Origin: Candidatus Binatia bacterium
GTDB lineage: Bacteria; Desulfobacterota; Binatia; Bin18
Assembly (NCBI GenBank): GCA_963664395.2
Contig: OY761159.2
Location: 896,001-960,000, forward strand
Direction of reading: 5' to 3'
Length of the DNA stretch: 64,000 nt
This document shows positions 40,201-46,784 of the stretch, in pieces. Below the pieces are notes generated by a model. That model worked only from the letters and a program-made list of their open reading frames with translations. It had not been told where the DNA came from and did no database searches. The translations under genes were made by a program, and so were the position numbers. The first letter of the stretch is position 1; every line of letters starts with the position of its first letter.

Positions 40201-40773
40201 TTGGGGGTGGAGTTTCTACGCGACGTGACCGGGACATGTGAAGCCACGGATTTTCCCCTGGCGGGCGAGCATGTGACCTTAGTGTGGCAGCAGGCTCAGC
40301 AAAACTTCGCCATTGCGGACGGAGAAGCACCGCGGGGAGCGGACCGAGCCGGAGCGATCGAGGTCGGCTATCTGGAGAATCCGGGACCGAACTCGTTTCA
40401 GAGTGGGATTGGGGTCATCTCGGGCTGGGTGTGCGAGGCCGAGACGGTGGAGATTGTGTTGAACGGGGAGGCCCAGCCGGCGGCGTATGGGACAGAGCGG
40501 CTGGACACGCTGGACGCCTGTGGGGATACGGACAACGGCTTTGGGTTGCTCTTCAACTGGAATCTGCTGGGCGAGGGAGAACACACCGTGGTCGCGCGGG
40601 TCGATGGGGAAGAACTCGGCCGGGCGACGGTACGGGTGACGACGTTAGGGACGGAGTTTCTGCGGGGCGTGGCGGGCGAGTGTGAGGCCGAGGGCTTCCC
40701 CATGCCAGGCGAGACGGTGACGCTGGAATGGCAACAGAACAGTCAGAATTTCGTGATTACGGACATAGAGTGA
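34258..40773 (+). CDS. Giant secreted repetitive surface protein (FN3, cadherin, Calx-beta-like repeats, Gly/Ser linker, duplicated C-terminal domain)
   Basis: Signal peptide; LTVTWTAP..YDVQYR..YDVQVRATN (FN3); NHPPVF..SVNEN..LDYETK (cadherin); LTITDDD motifs; GGAGGG ribosome-binding site. Confidence 0.9.
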   Translation: MIAPRRLLSAVILSALVGIVLGVPSAAAQLPNTPDPPGVVAKSKTALTVTWTAPTGPAVASYDVQYRKSTETNWTAGPQDQTRPRADITGLDADTFYDVQVRATNAAGDSGWSDDAQGATALFEADLTVGRHSDGGFTHQVGYRRGHPAASSNLYPPDEMGHGMLTSSELTYRGVTYTIDAIRRDNRENHLVIGYSSDAVRMSGGQTQPAPSFWPRDWDITFFQTEEIEQFSTAILNPGNQIQAGILNQQLEGGYLHKRPHIGAIWDWDRKNLPWTVDQTYSMTIARVQRADTTVTISADSPDVTLSPTSLTIPAGNVRGTVMLTATLSPASSADTTVTISADPPDVTLIPDSLTIPAEMTQNKVTLTVILPQTNHPPVFPSPETSFSVNENTPPGQDIGIPVTAFDDGGERLTYTLDGPDAAAFDLFVANQLRTKAELDYETKDSYRFVVSVRDSRNDAGEADTETDDTIEVTITVVDLDEAGTVTLTGTPAQLREELTAALHDEDGRLIGITWQWARSGITWTDIDMATSERYTPEAGDLGKHLRATATYTDRYGSGKSASTTTTAVQAPPGMTLHLSPSSISEDGGQSTVTARLATASPAVTTVTVSAPAGDVTLSNNRTLTIAAGKTESTGTVTLTAVDNDGDGPETKQVQVSGQRNNRLATKPASVTLTITDDDPAPTVTMAVSPDAITENAGVGTLAVMLSHPSSAATAVEVSADPAAAVTLRPNSLTISVTASADLPGVMLSPNSLTIPAGETEGTVTLTATLSTRSSADTTVTVSADPPGVTLSPDSLTIPAGETEGTVTLTATLSEASSADTTVTVLTTTVTLSPNPLIIPADKTEGTVTLTVILSEASSAATTVTVSADSADVTLSPNSLPIPAGMTRGTVTLTATLSPMSSAATTVTISADPAADVALSPNSLTIPAGMTRGTVTLTAVDDNTDALNKQVTVSGMASNTHGIAGNLEPRTLRIQDDDPAPTVTLELAPNPIGENGGQSTLTVGLDRPSSQATTVTVSADPAAVRLSPNSLTIPARMTSGTGTLTVTAEDNNIDGPETTTVTVSADAENVLGVTDPADAALTIQDDDGPPTVTLAVSPNPIPENGGVSTLTARLDRPSSRPIVVTVAPDPAYTLDGNPTLTFPAGATARQGTVVLTAKDNAIDAADATVSVGGTANPRLMVAAAELTITDNDTRGVTVSEQTLSIKEGGNPDTYTVVLASEPTGPVTIAVASSDAAVRVNPPSLGFTAANWQTAQTVTVDAANDEMENNPPKTATITHTVSGGDYAGVPAASVTVAVTDDESPSTDVTLSVSPAAVREGAGNRTVTVTGELNGEPRSAATVVTVSVTAGTATAGTDFSVSPVPTLTIAEGQPSGTMTFALTPVNDTIGEPDETVTVGGSTTAGLNVTETTLTIEDNDGPPAVELVLSANPISEDETTQVTATLSHPSSADTTVEVSVTAVHPASAGDFRLSGTSLTIPAGFMESSTSATLWARDNPVDEADAQASVRGRAENPQGVQSPNVGPVTVTITDDDAPEVTGETFPEYVEGGSGPVATYTASNPANVRLTWSVIGTDAEFFTIANGVLRFKQSPDYEDPLDKEYAVTVQASDGTDPAGPLAVTVAVLDALGKVELPPSQPQVEVALTATLSDLDGLHPDPVPPNEERWCWQRSRFPTFLTIPGIECIPDTTDTYTPVDADLDHYLQVTVLYYTDGQKTRKVDMVVAAPDEPVRATADEPMVPPEPVVAVSFNAASYTVDEGKFVEVTVRLSADPERRVEIPLTLTPGDNVEPSDYSGVPDRVVFESGDRAQSFSFSARADQRDEAAETLTLAFDVPLPTGVEVGSPATTVVTINSSEGDGGGGGSGGGGGSGGGGGSGGGGPSTPAPPPEPVGYLENPGTAATQSGIGVISGWVCEAAVVEIELNGVPQEAAYGTERLDTEAVCGDTDNGFGLLFNWNLLGDGVHEVVAFVDDVELTRTTVTVTTLGVEFLRDVTGTCEATDFPLAGEHVTLVWQQAQQNFAIADGEAPRGADRAGAIEVGYLENPGPNSFQSGIGVISGWVCEAETVEIVLNGEAQPAAYGTERLDTLDACGDTDNGFGLLFNWNLLGEGEHTVVARVDGEELGRATVRVTTLGTEFLRGVAGECEAEGFPMPGETVTLEWQQNSQNFVITDIE
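36360..37075 (+). repeat. Intragenic ~129-bp (43-aa) tandem repeats; additional copies at 35128-35370
   Basis: Unit starts GCGG(A/C)CACGACCGTGACG at 35128, 35257, 36583, 36712, 36835 and 36964. Confidence 0.9.
39823..39888 (+). repeat. 18-bp tandem repeat encoding a (G5S)3-G4 linker
   Basis: GGCGGCGGTGG(C/G)GGTAGT x3 plus a partial copy. Confidence 0.9.
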
Positions 40774-40839
40774 GCGAGGCCGGACGGCTCGGGGGCCGGT
40801 GAACTCTGCCGCCCGCCTCTGGCGAGGACTTCCAGGCGC

Positions 40840-41007
40840 GCTGCCCCCTGAGTGATGTGCAGCACCGTTTTGATGAATTGCGCCAACTTATGGAAGCCGG
40901 CGGGCGGGATGTGGCCGAGTTGGAAATCCCCTCAATGGTTGACCCCCGTGTCACGGGATTCGCGCCTCCCGTGACGCGGGCCTGCATGGACTGCACGTCA
41001 CCTGCGC
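40840..41007 (+). pseudogene. Degenerate 3' fragment of an LLM oxidoreductase, paralogous to 44259-44432
   Basis: DNA aligns by eye (shared GAATTGCGCCA.CTTATGGAAGCCGGCGGGCGGGAT) with indels. Confidence 0.85.
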
Positions 41008-41263
41008 TGCGCCGGTTGCACCCCGCATGGCAGCCAGCATCTCCCGCGTGAGGCGAGGTCAAAGAGCGTATCAACCAACAGTCTCCCTCCTTGCGTGTGT
41101 CTTAGCAAGTGTCGGGTTGAACAAGTAGAGCGCGCTCCCCCGCTTCCCTCCTTTTACACACAGACGCATGCCTGATACAGCAGGACGGGGCAGAGATTGG
41201 CAGTACCGTTCGCGCTGTGAGGGGCCGGAGTTTCACAGAACGACAGATATAAGGAGCATATTC

Positions 41264-42025
41264 ATGACAGACTTAATGCAAGGTAAAGTCGCCCTCGTCA
41301 CCGGCGGCGCTTCGGGAATTGGCCGCGCCACCGCACTGACGTTCGCCCGAGAAGGGGCGCGGGTCGTCGTGTCCGACGTTACGCTTGAAGGCGGGGAAGA
41401 AACGGCCCGCCTCATACGGGAGGCGGGCGGTGAGGCGCTCTTTGTCAGCGCGGATGTATCACAGGCCGCCCAGGTCGAAGCCCTCGTTGCCAAGACAGTT
41501 GAGACCTACGGACGGCTGGACGCGGCCCACAACAATGCGGGTATTGAGGGCAGCTCGGTGATGACAACGGACTATACGGAAGAGGATTGGAATCGGGTGA
41601 TTGCCATCAATCTGACTGGCGTGTGGTTGTGTCTGAAGTACGAGATTCCTCAAATGCTCAATCAAGGTGGGGGCGCGATAGTCAATACGTCTTCAGCCGC
41701 CGGGCTGCTCGGGTTTCGCAGGGGCTCGGCTTATGTGGCGAGCAAGCATGGCGTGCTCGGCTTGACCAAAACCGCGGCCCTGGAGTATGCCAAGTCCGGC
41801 ATTCGCGTCAATGCCGTCTGCCCCGGTGCGATTGATACGCCCATGATGGGCAGGCTGACCGACCACCGTCCCCACCGGGCCGAAAAGATGGCCTCCTTTG
41901 AACCGGTCGGTCGCATGGGCAGCCCCCAGGAAATCGCCGAGGCGGTGGTGTGGCTGTGCTCGGACGCAGCCTCGTTCGTGACCGGACACGCGATGTCCGT
42001 CGATGGTGGGCTGGTTGCGCAATAA
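41264..42025 (+). CDS. Short-chain dehydrogenase/reductase
   Basis: TGGASGIG, NNAG, YVASK. Confidence 0.93.
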   Translation: MTDLMQGKVALVTGGASGIGRATALTFAREGARVVVSDVTLEGGEETARLIREAGGEALFVSADVSQAAQVEALVAKTVETYGRLDAAHNNAGIEGSSVMTTDYTEEDWNRVIAINLTGVWLCLKYEIPQMLNQGGGAIVNTSSAAGLLGFRRGSAYVASKHGVLGLTKTAALEYAKSGIRVNAVCPGAIDTPMMGRLTDHRPHRAEKMASFEPVGRMGSPQEIAEAVVWLCSDAASFVTGHAMSVDGGLVAQ

Positions 42026-42051
42026 AGGACGGCTTTCGCGGTGGAAACACT

Positions 42052-42399
42052 GTGCACGAAATTACAATCATTGCAGTGCATGACCAGCCGCGAGGGAAGC
42101 TTTATGAAGTACAAGCAAAGAAGAAATCTGCCTCACTCTTGCTGACCTTTCATGTTTTAGGGCGGATAAGCAAATGGCGACTCACAGTCCAGGCGACCTT
42201 ACGGACACTTCTTTATCCAGAAGAAGTTCTCCGTGGACATCGGGGACGTTTTATTGCTCAGCGTCGAACGGGAAGCCACGTTTTGAGGGTCATTTACGAA
42301 TACGAAGCAGACATGCCGGTTGTTGTCACCGTGTACAATCCTGTATCGGAACGCTACTTTCAAGGGCGAGGAACCTATGAAGATCGCATACTCTCCTGA
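42052..42399 (+). CDS. DUF4258-like putative toxin
   Basis: LTFHVLGRI, VLRVIYE..VVVTVY; overlaps the downstream DUF2283 gene. Confidence 0.65.
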   Translation: MHEITIIAVHDQPRGKLYEVQAKKKSASLLLTFHVLGRISKWRLTVQATLRTLLYPEEVLRGHRGRFIAQRRTGSHVLRVIYEYEADMPVVVTVYNPVSERYFQGRGTYEDRILS

Positions 42400-42586
42400 T
42401 GCGGATGTCATGATTATCCAACTCCGCAAAGGAACACCTACGGACTCCAAGGATATTGGTGAAGGGATCATCGTTCACCTTTCCGCAAAAGGACGACCGC
42501 TGGAGATTGAAATCCTTGATGCGTCCAAGGTCGTACAAAAAAAGGACATTGAGGTCTCGATGGAGTCTCTCTTCCCTTCAGATTGA
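42377..42586 (+). CDS. DUF2283-like putative antitoxin
   Basis: MKIAYSPDADVMII..GIIVHL..GRPLEIEILDASK. Confidence 0.8.
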   Translation: MKIAYSPDADVMIIQLRKGTPTDSKDIGEGIIVHLSAKGRPLEIEILDASKVVQKKDIEVSMESLFPSD

Positions 42587-42618
42587 AACAGTCCTTCCAA
42601 GTAGCGATCGGATAGCCC

Positions 42619-42649
42619 GTAGGTCGGGTTAGCGGAGCGTAACCCGACA
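42619..42649 (+). repeat. GTAG-type REP
   Basis: GTAGGTCGGGTTAGCGGAGCGTAACCCGACA, with a compensatory stem change relative to the 30264 copy. Confidence 0.85.
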
Positions 42650-42816
42650 CAGAGCTTACGGACCGCCAACCACCCTGGAAAGCTCAGCCTTCGCAAACGC
42701 AAGAAACGAAAAATAGGGAAATTATAGACAAGGCGCTCCTAGCATTTGGGGGGACGGTCAAGTATATAAATCCCCTATGAAAATATCCTTTTATAAGGAT
42801 AAAGGAGGATGACAGC

Positions 42817-43578
42817 ATGGGAACCCTGACAAGCGGTAAAGTCGCCCTGGTCACCGGGGCCGGCTCGGGTATCGGGCGGGCTGCGGCCCAGATATTTGCC
42901 CGCGAAGGGGCCAAGGTCGCAGTGGCCGATGTTAATGTGGCCGGAGCCGAGGAAACCGTGAAAATGATCCAGGCCGGCGGCGGCGAAGCGTTCTGCATTA
43001 AAGCCGATGTGTCCAAGGCCGCGGAAGTCGAGGCCATGGTTGGCGCGGTGGTCGAGACCTACGGACGGCTGGATTGCGCCCATAACAACGCCGGCATTGA
43101 GGGCGCGCTGGCCTCAACCGCGGATTATACCGAGGCGGACTGGGCGCCGGTGATTGCGATCAATCTGACCGGCGTGTGGTTATGCATGAAGTATGAGATT
43201 CCACACATGCTCAAAAACGGCGGGGGGGCCATCGTCAACACGTCCTCCGCCGCCGGGCTGCTTGGGGCGCCGCGGATGCCGGCCTATGTGGCCAGCAAGC
43301 ACGGGGTGGTCGGCCTGACCAAAACCGCAGCCCTGGAATACGCCAAAGCCGGCATCCGGGTGAATGCTGTCTGTCCGGGCATTATTGATACCTCCATGGT
43401 CGGCCGGCTCAAAGAACGCCGACCCAGAATGTTCGAGAAGATTGAAGCCGGCGAACCCATCGGTCGCATGGGTCGGCCGGAAGAAATTGCCGAAGCCGCA
43501 GTCTGGCTGTGTTCCGACGCGGCCTCGTTTGTCACCGGTCACGCCATGGCCGTTGACGGTGGTATCGTGGCGCAGTAG
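42817..43578 (+). CDS. Short-chain dehydrogenase/reductase (close paralogue of 41264-42025)
   Basis: TGAGSGIG, NNAG, YVASK. Confidence 0.93.
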   Translation: MGTLTSGKVALVTGAGSGIGRAAAQIFAREGAKVAVADVNVAGAEETVKMIQAGGGEAFCIKADVSKAAEVEAMVGAVVETYGRLDCAHNNAGIEGALASTADYTEADWAPVIAINLTGVWLCMKYEIPHMLKNGGGAIVNTSSAAGLLGAPRMPAYVASKHGVVGLTKTAALEYAKAGIRVNAVCPGIIDTSMVGRLKERRPRMFEKIEAGEPIGRMGRPEEIAEAAVWLCSDAASFVTGHAMAVDGGIVAQ

Positions 43579-43608
43579 CCGAACCCGACACAACAGGAGG
43601 GATTTTCT

Positions 43609-44505
43609 ATGGCGATGTATTGCGGACTGCACGTGGGTGGCGGGGCAGCGCTGAGCGAGGTCGATGGGGCACGCAAAATCGGCGAGACCGCGGAAGCCCT
43701 CGGTTATGACAGCATTGTGACCGGCGACCATATCACCATCCCGAAAAAGATCGACTCGACTTATCCCTATGTTGATGCCGCCCAGGCGCGCGGCCAGGAC
43801 CCCTATTCGGTGTTTACCTCAATGGAATGGATGGACGCCTTCACCGTCCTGGCCCTACTCATTCCGGTTACGAAAACGGTCCGGCTGGGGACCAGCGTGA
43901 CCATCGTTCCCTACCGCCATCCCTTGGAGATGGCGCGGGTGGTGGCCTCACTTGACGTGGCTTCAGGCGGACGGATGATCTTCGGTGCCGGCGTGGGCTG
44001 GATGGCAGACGAGTTCGAGTTGCTCGGGGTTCCGTACAAAGAACGGGCACCCCGTACGCGGGAATATATTGCCGTCATGAAAGAGGTCTGGACGAACGAA
44101 ACGCCCCGCTTTGATGGCAAGTTTGTCCAGATCAATCGCGACCTGCACTTTGCGCCCAAGCCGACCCAAAAACCGCACCCGCCCATCTGGGTCGGGGGCG
44201 AATCCACCCCGGCGCTGAAACGCGTGGTTGAATTCGGTCAGGGTTGGCATATCGGCCCGCTGCCCCTGAGTGATATTCAGCATCGCTTTGGTGAATTGCG
44301 CCAGCTTATGGAAGCCGGCGGGCGGGATTATGCCGAGTTGGAAATCACCTCAATGGTGGACCCCAGCGTCACCGCGGCTGAAATCCGCGCCTACCGCGAC
44401 GCGGGTCTGCACGGCTTGCACGTCGCCTGCGCAGCACCCAAGCCCGAGAGCATCTGTAACGTCATGCGCGACTTCAAGGCCAAGATGGAAGATGCGCTGG
44501 GGTGA
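43609..44505 (+). CDS. LLM-class (probably F420-dependent) oxidoreductase
   Basis: AEALGYDSIVTGDH, RLGTSV, LDVASGGR..GAGVGW, PKPTQKPHPPIWVGG. Confidence 0.9.
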   Translation: MAMYCGLHVGGGAALSEVDGARKIGETAEALGYDSIVTGDHITIPKKIDSTYPYVDAAQARGQDPYSVFTSMEWMDAFTVLALLIPVTKTVRLGTSVTIVPYRHPLEMARVVASLDVASGGRMIFGAGVGWMADEFELLGVPYKERAPRTREYIAVMKEVWTNETPRFDGKFVQINRDLHFAPKPTQKPHPPIWVGGESTPALKRVVEFGQGWHIGPLPLSDIQHRFGELRQLMEAGGRDYAELEITSMVDPSVTAAEIRAYRDAGLHGLHVACAAPKPESICNVMRDFKAKMEDALG

Positions 44506-44510
44506 AAAGG

Positions 44511-44565
44511 GGGAACCCACCCCGGTCCTTCGACGGGCTCAGGACCACCCCTCCAAAGAGGGGAA
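44511..44565 (-). repeat. CCCCTC/GAGGGG REP-like repeat, copy F, with a substituted inner hairpin
   Basis: GGGAACCCACCCC-GGTCCTTCGACGGGCTCAGGACC-ACCCCTCCAAAGAGGGGAA. Confidence 0.75.
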
Positions 44566-44694
44566 TTGATGGCTCTGTAGCTGGAGATACCCTAGGAATG
44601 CGGGCGTCCTTCCCTTTTCCCTCTTGACACCCCCCTTCTCTCCCCCGTAGGCAGGAGTCTCACGTCGCGATTCCAGAGAGGAGAACTCACACCC

Positions 44695-46752
44695 ATGTGG
44701 CGGGTAGGCGTCGATGTCGGCGGAACATTTACCGACCTGTTTGGCTGGGAAGAAACGACCGGTGAGCGCGTCACGGCGAAGGTCCTTACCACGCCGTGGG
44801 ACCGCTCCGTGGGCGTCATTGAGGCCGTCAAGCAGGCCGCCCGTGATTCTCTCGAAGCAGTCGGGCAATCAGGCATTCCGTTTGACCGGATTTCATGCCT
44901 GGTCCATGGCACAACCACCGCGACCAATGCCCTGATTGAACGCTCGTATCCCGACCCGGCCCTGGTCACCACACAGGGCTTTCGTGACACCATCGAAATC
45001 GGTCGTCAGCATCGAAAGGAACTGTACGACCCCTATCAGGTCAAACCCAAACCGCTCATTCGGCGCCGCTATCGTTACACGGTGCCGCAACGCACGAATG
45101 TCAAAGGTGAAGAAGAACGCCCGCTCGATACAACGGCGGCTCATCAGGTTGCAGAAACCATTAAAGGCGAGGGTATCAACTCTATCGCCGTGTGTTTCAT
45201 CAACTCGTATATCAACGCAGACCATGAGCGTCAGATGCGTGACATCCTGCTCGAACACATTCCTGATGCGCACATTATGTTGTCGGGTGAGACGCGCCCC
45301 TTGTTCCGCGAGCACGGCCGCTTTGTGACCACCGCGGTGAGCGCCGCGCTCAAGCCGGTCATGGGGGCCTATTTCGATCACCTGCTGGAGCGCCTCACCC
45401 AACAGGGCTTTCAGGGCTCGCTGCTTATTCTCAAAAGCAGCGGTGGCGTTATGGGCGTCGAGCTGGCCAAAGAACACCCGGAAGAATTGCTGGAGTCCGG
45501 GCCGGCCGGTGGGGTTGCCTATGCCGGCTATCTGGCCGAGGCCATACACGAGCGCAGCATTATTTGCGCCGACATGGGCGGCACGAGTTTTGATGCCTCA
45601 ATTGTCGAAGACGGCAAGGGACTCGTCACCCGGGAGTATGAACTTGAATTCGAGCTGCCGATTATCCTGCCCATGCTCGATATTCACAGCGTGGGAGCCG
45701 GCGGCGGTTCGATTGGCTGGGTGGATAGCGGCGGCTCACTCCGGGTAGGACCGCGCAGCGCCGGCTCGCAACCTGGGCCGGCCTGTTATGGCAACAGTGG
45801 GACCGAGCCGACGATCACCGATGCCAACCTGCTGCTCGGCCGCCTGGAACCCACCCTGGGAGGGAAGATCAATCTCGACCGTCAGGCGGCGGAACAGGCC
45901 GTGAGCACAGTCGCCCAGCAGCTGAGCCTGTCGGCGGTCGAAACCGCGGACGCCATGATCCAGATCAGTTGTGAGATTATGGCCCAGGCCGTCAAAAAGG
46001 TCATTGTTGATAGGGGCCGTGACCCGCGCGATTTTGTGTTGACCAGTTTTGGTGGGGCCGGACCCATGCACGCCTGCTTTGTTGCCCGGGCCATGAACAT
46101 TCCGAAAGTCATCGTGCCGGCTGCCGCGGGGGTAGCTTCGGCCTTTGGCGCAACCGTCATGGATGTACGCCAGGACGTTGAACAGTTCATGTACTCTCCG
46201 GTTGATGACATTGATCTGGCTCGGCTGAACACGGCCTATGCCGAGCTTGAACAGACTGCCCGCGACCTGCTGGCCCTGGACAACGTCTCCGCGGAAAATG
46301 TAATCATCAATCGCACCGCCCAGATGCGCTATGTGGGCCAGACGTATGAAATTGAAACGCCTATTCCGGACGGCGTGTTGACCGGAGACGCACTCACAAC
46401 CATTACCAACGCCTTTCACGCCGTGCACAAGCAGGAGCACGGCGTCAGTTCGGACATCTTTGACCCGGCGCTTGTCTCACTGAGCGTCGCGGCGACCGCG
46501 CCAACGGCAGCTCTGCCTCCCTATAGAAGTGTCGCCACCGAAAATGTCGTGGCCATGAAGAGTTCGCGCTCGGTGTATTTTTCCGGAGAATGGATCGACT
46601 GTCCGATTTACAACGGCCAGATTCTCCAGCCGGGTACGGAGCTTCAGGGACCGACGATTCTGGAATATCTGGATTCGGTGGCCGTGCTCCCGCCCGGCGC
46701 GCAGGCAACGGTTGATACCCAAGGCAATCTTATTATACAGGTAGGACGATAA
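44695..46752 (+). CDS. Hydantoinase A / oxoprolinase subunit
   Basis: GVDVGGTFTD, HGTTTATNA, ESGPAGG, DMGGTSFD, GAGGGSI. Confidence 0.93.
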   Translation: MWRVGVDVGGTFTDLFGWEETTGERVTAKVLTTPWDRSVGVIEAVKQAARDSLEAVGQSGIPFDRISCLVHGTTTATNALIERSYPDPALVTTQGFRDTIEIGRQHRKELYDPYQVKPKPLIRRRYRYTVPQRTNVKGEEERPLDTTAAHQVAETIKGEGINSIAVCFINSYINADHERQMRDILLEHIPDAHIMLSGETRPLFREHGRFVTTAVSAALKPVMGAYFDHLLERLTQQGFQGSLLILKSSGGVMGVELAKEHPEELLESGPAGGVAYAGYLAEAIHERSIICADMGGTSFDASIVEDGKGLVTREYELEFELPIILPMLDIHSVGAGGGSIGWVDSGGSLRVGPRSAGSQPGPACYGNSGTEPTITDANLLLGRLEPTLGGKINLDRQAAEQAVSTVAQQLSLSAVETADAMIQISCEIMAQAVKKVIVDRGRDPRDFVLTSFGGAGPMHACFVARAMNIPKVIVPAAAGVASAFGATVMDVRQDVEQFMYSPVDDIDLARLNTAYAELEQTARDLLALDNVSAENVIINRTAQMRYVGQTYEIETPIPDGVLTGDALTTITNAFHAVHKQEHGVSSDIFDPALVSLSVAATAPTAALPPYRSVATENVVAMKSSRSVYFSGEWIDCPIYNGQILQPGTELQGPTILEYLDSVAVLPPGAQATVDTQGNLIIQVGR

Positions 46753-46784
46753 CCGGGCAGAATCATTTTTGCATTTACAGGAGG

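Noticed and set aside
34258-40773. DGR target or template repeats in the adhesin
   Set aside because: Differences between repeats are not adenine-specific, and there is no reverse transcriptase in the window.
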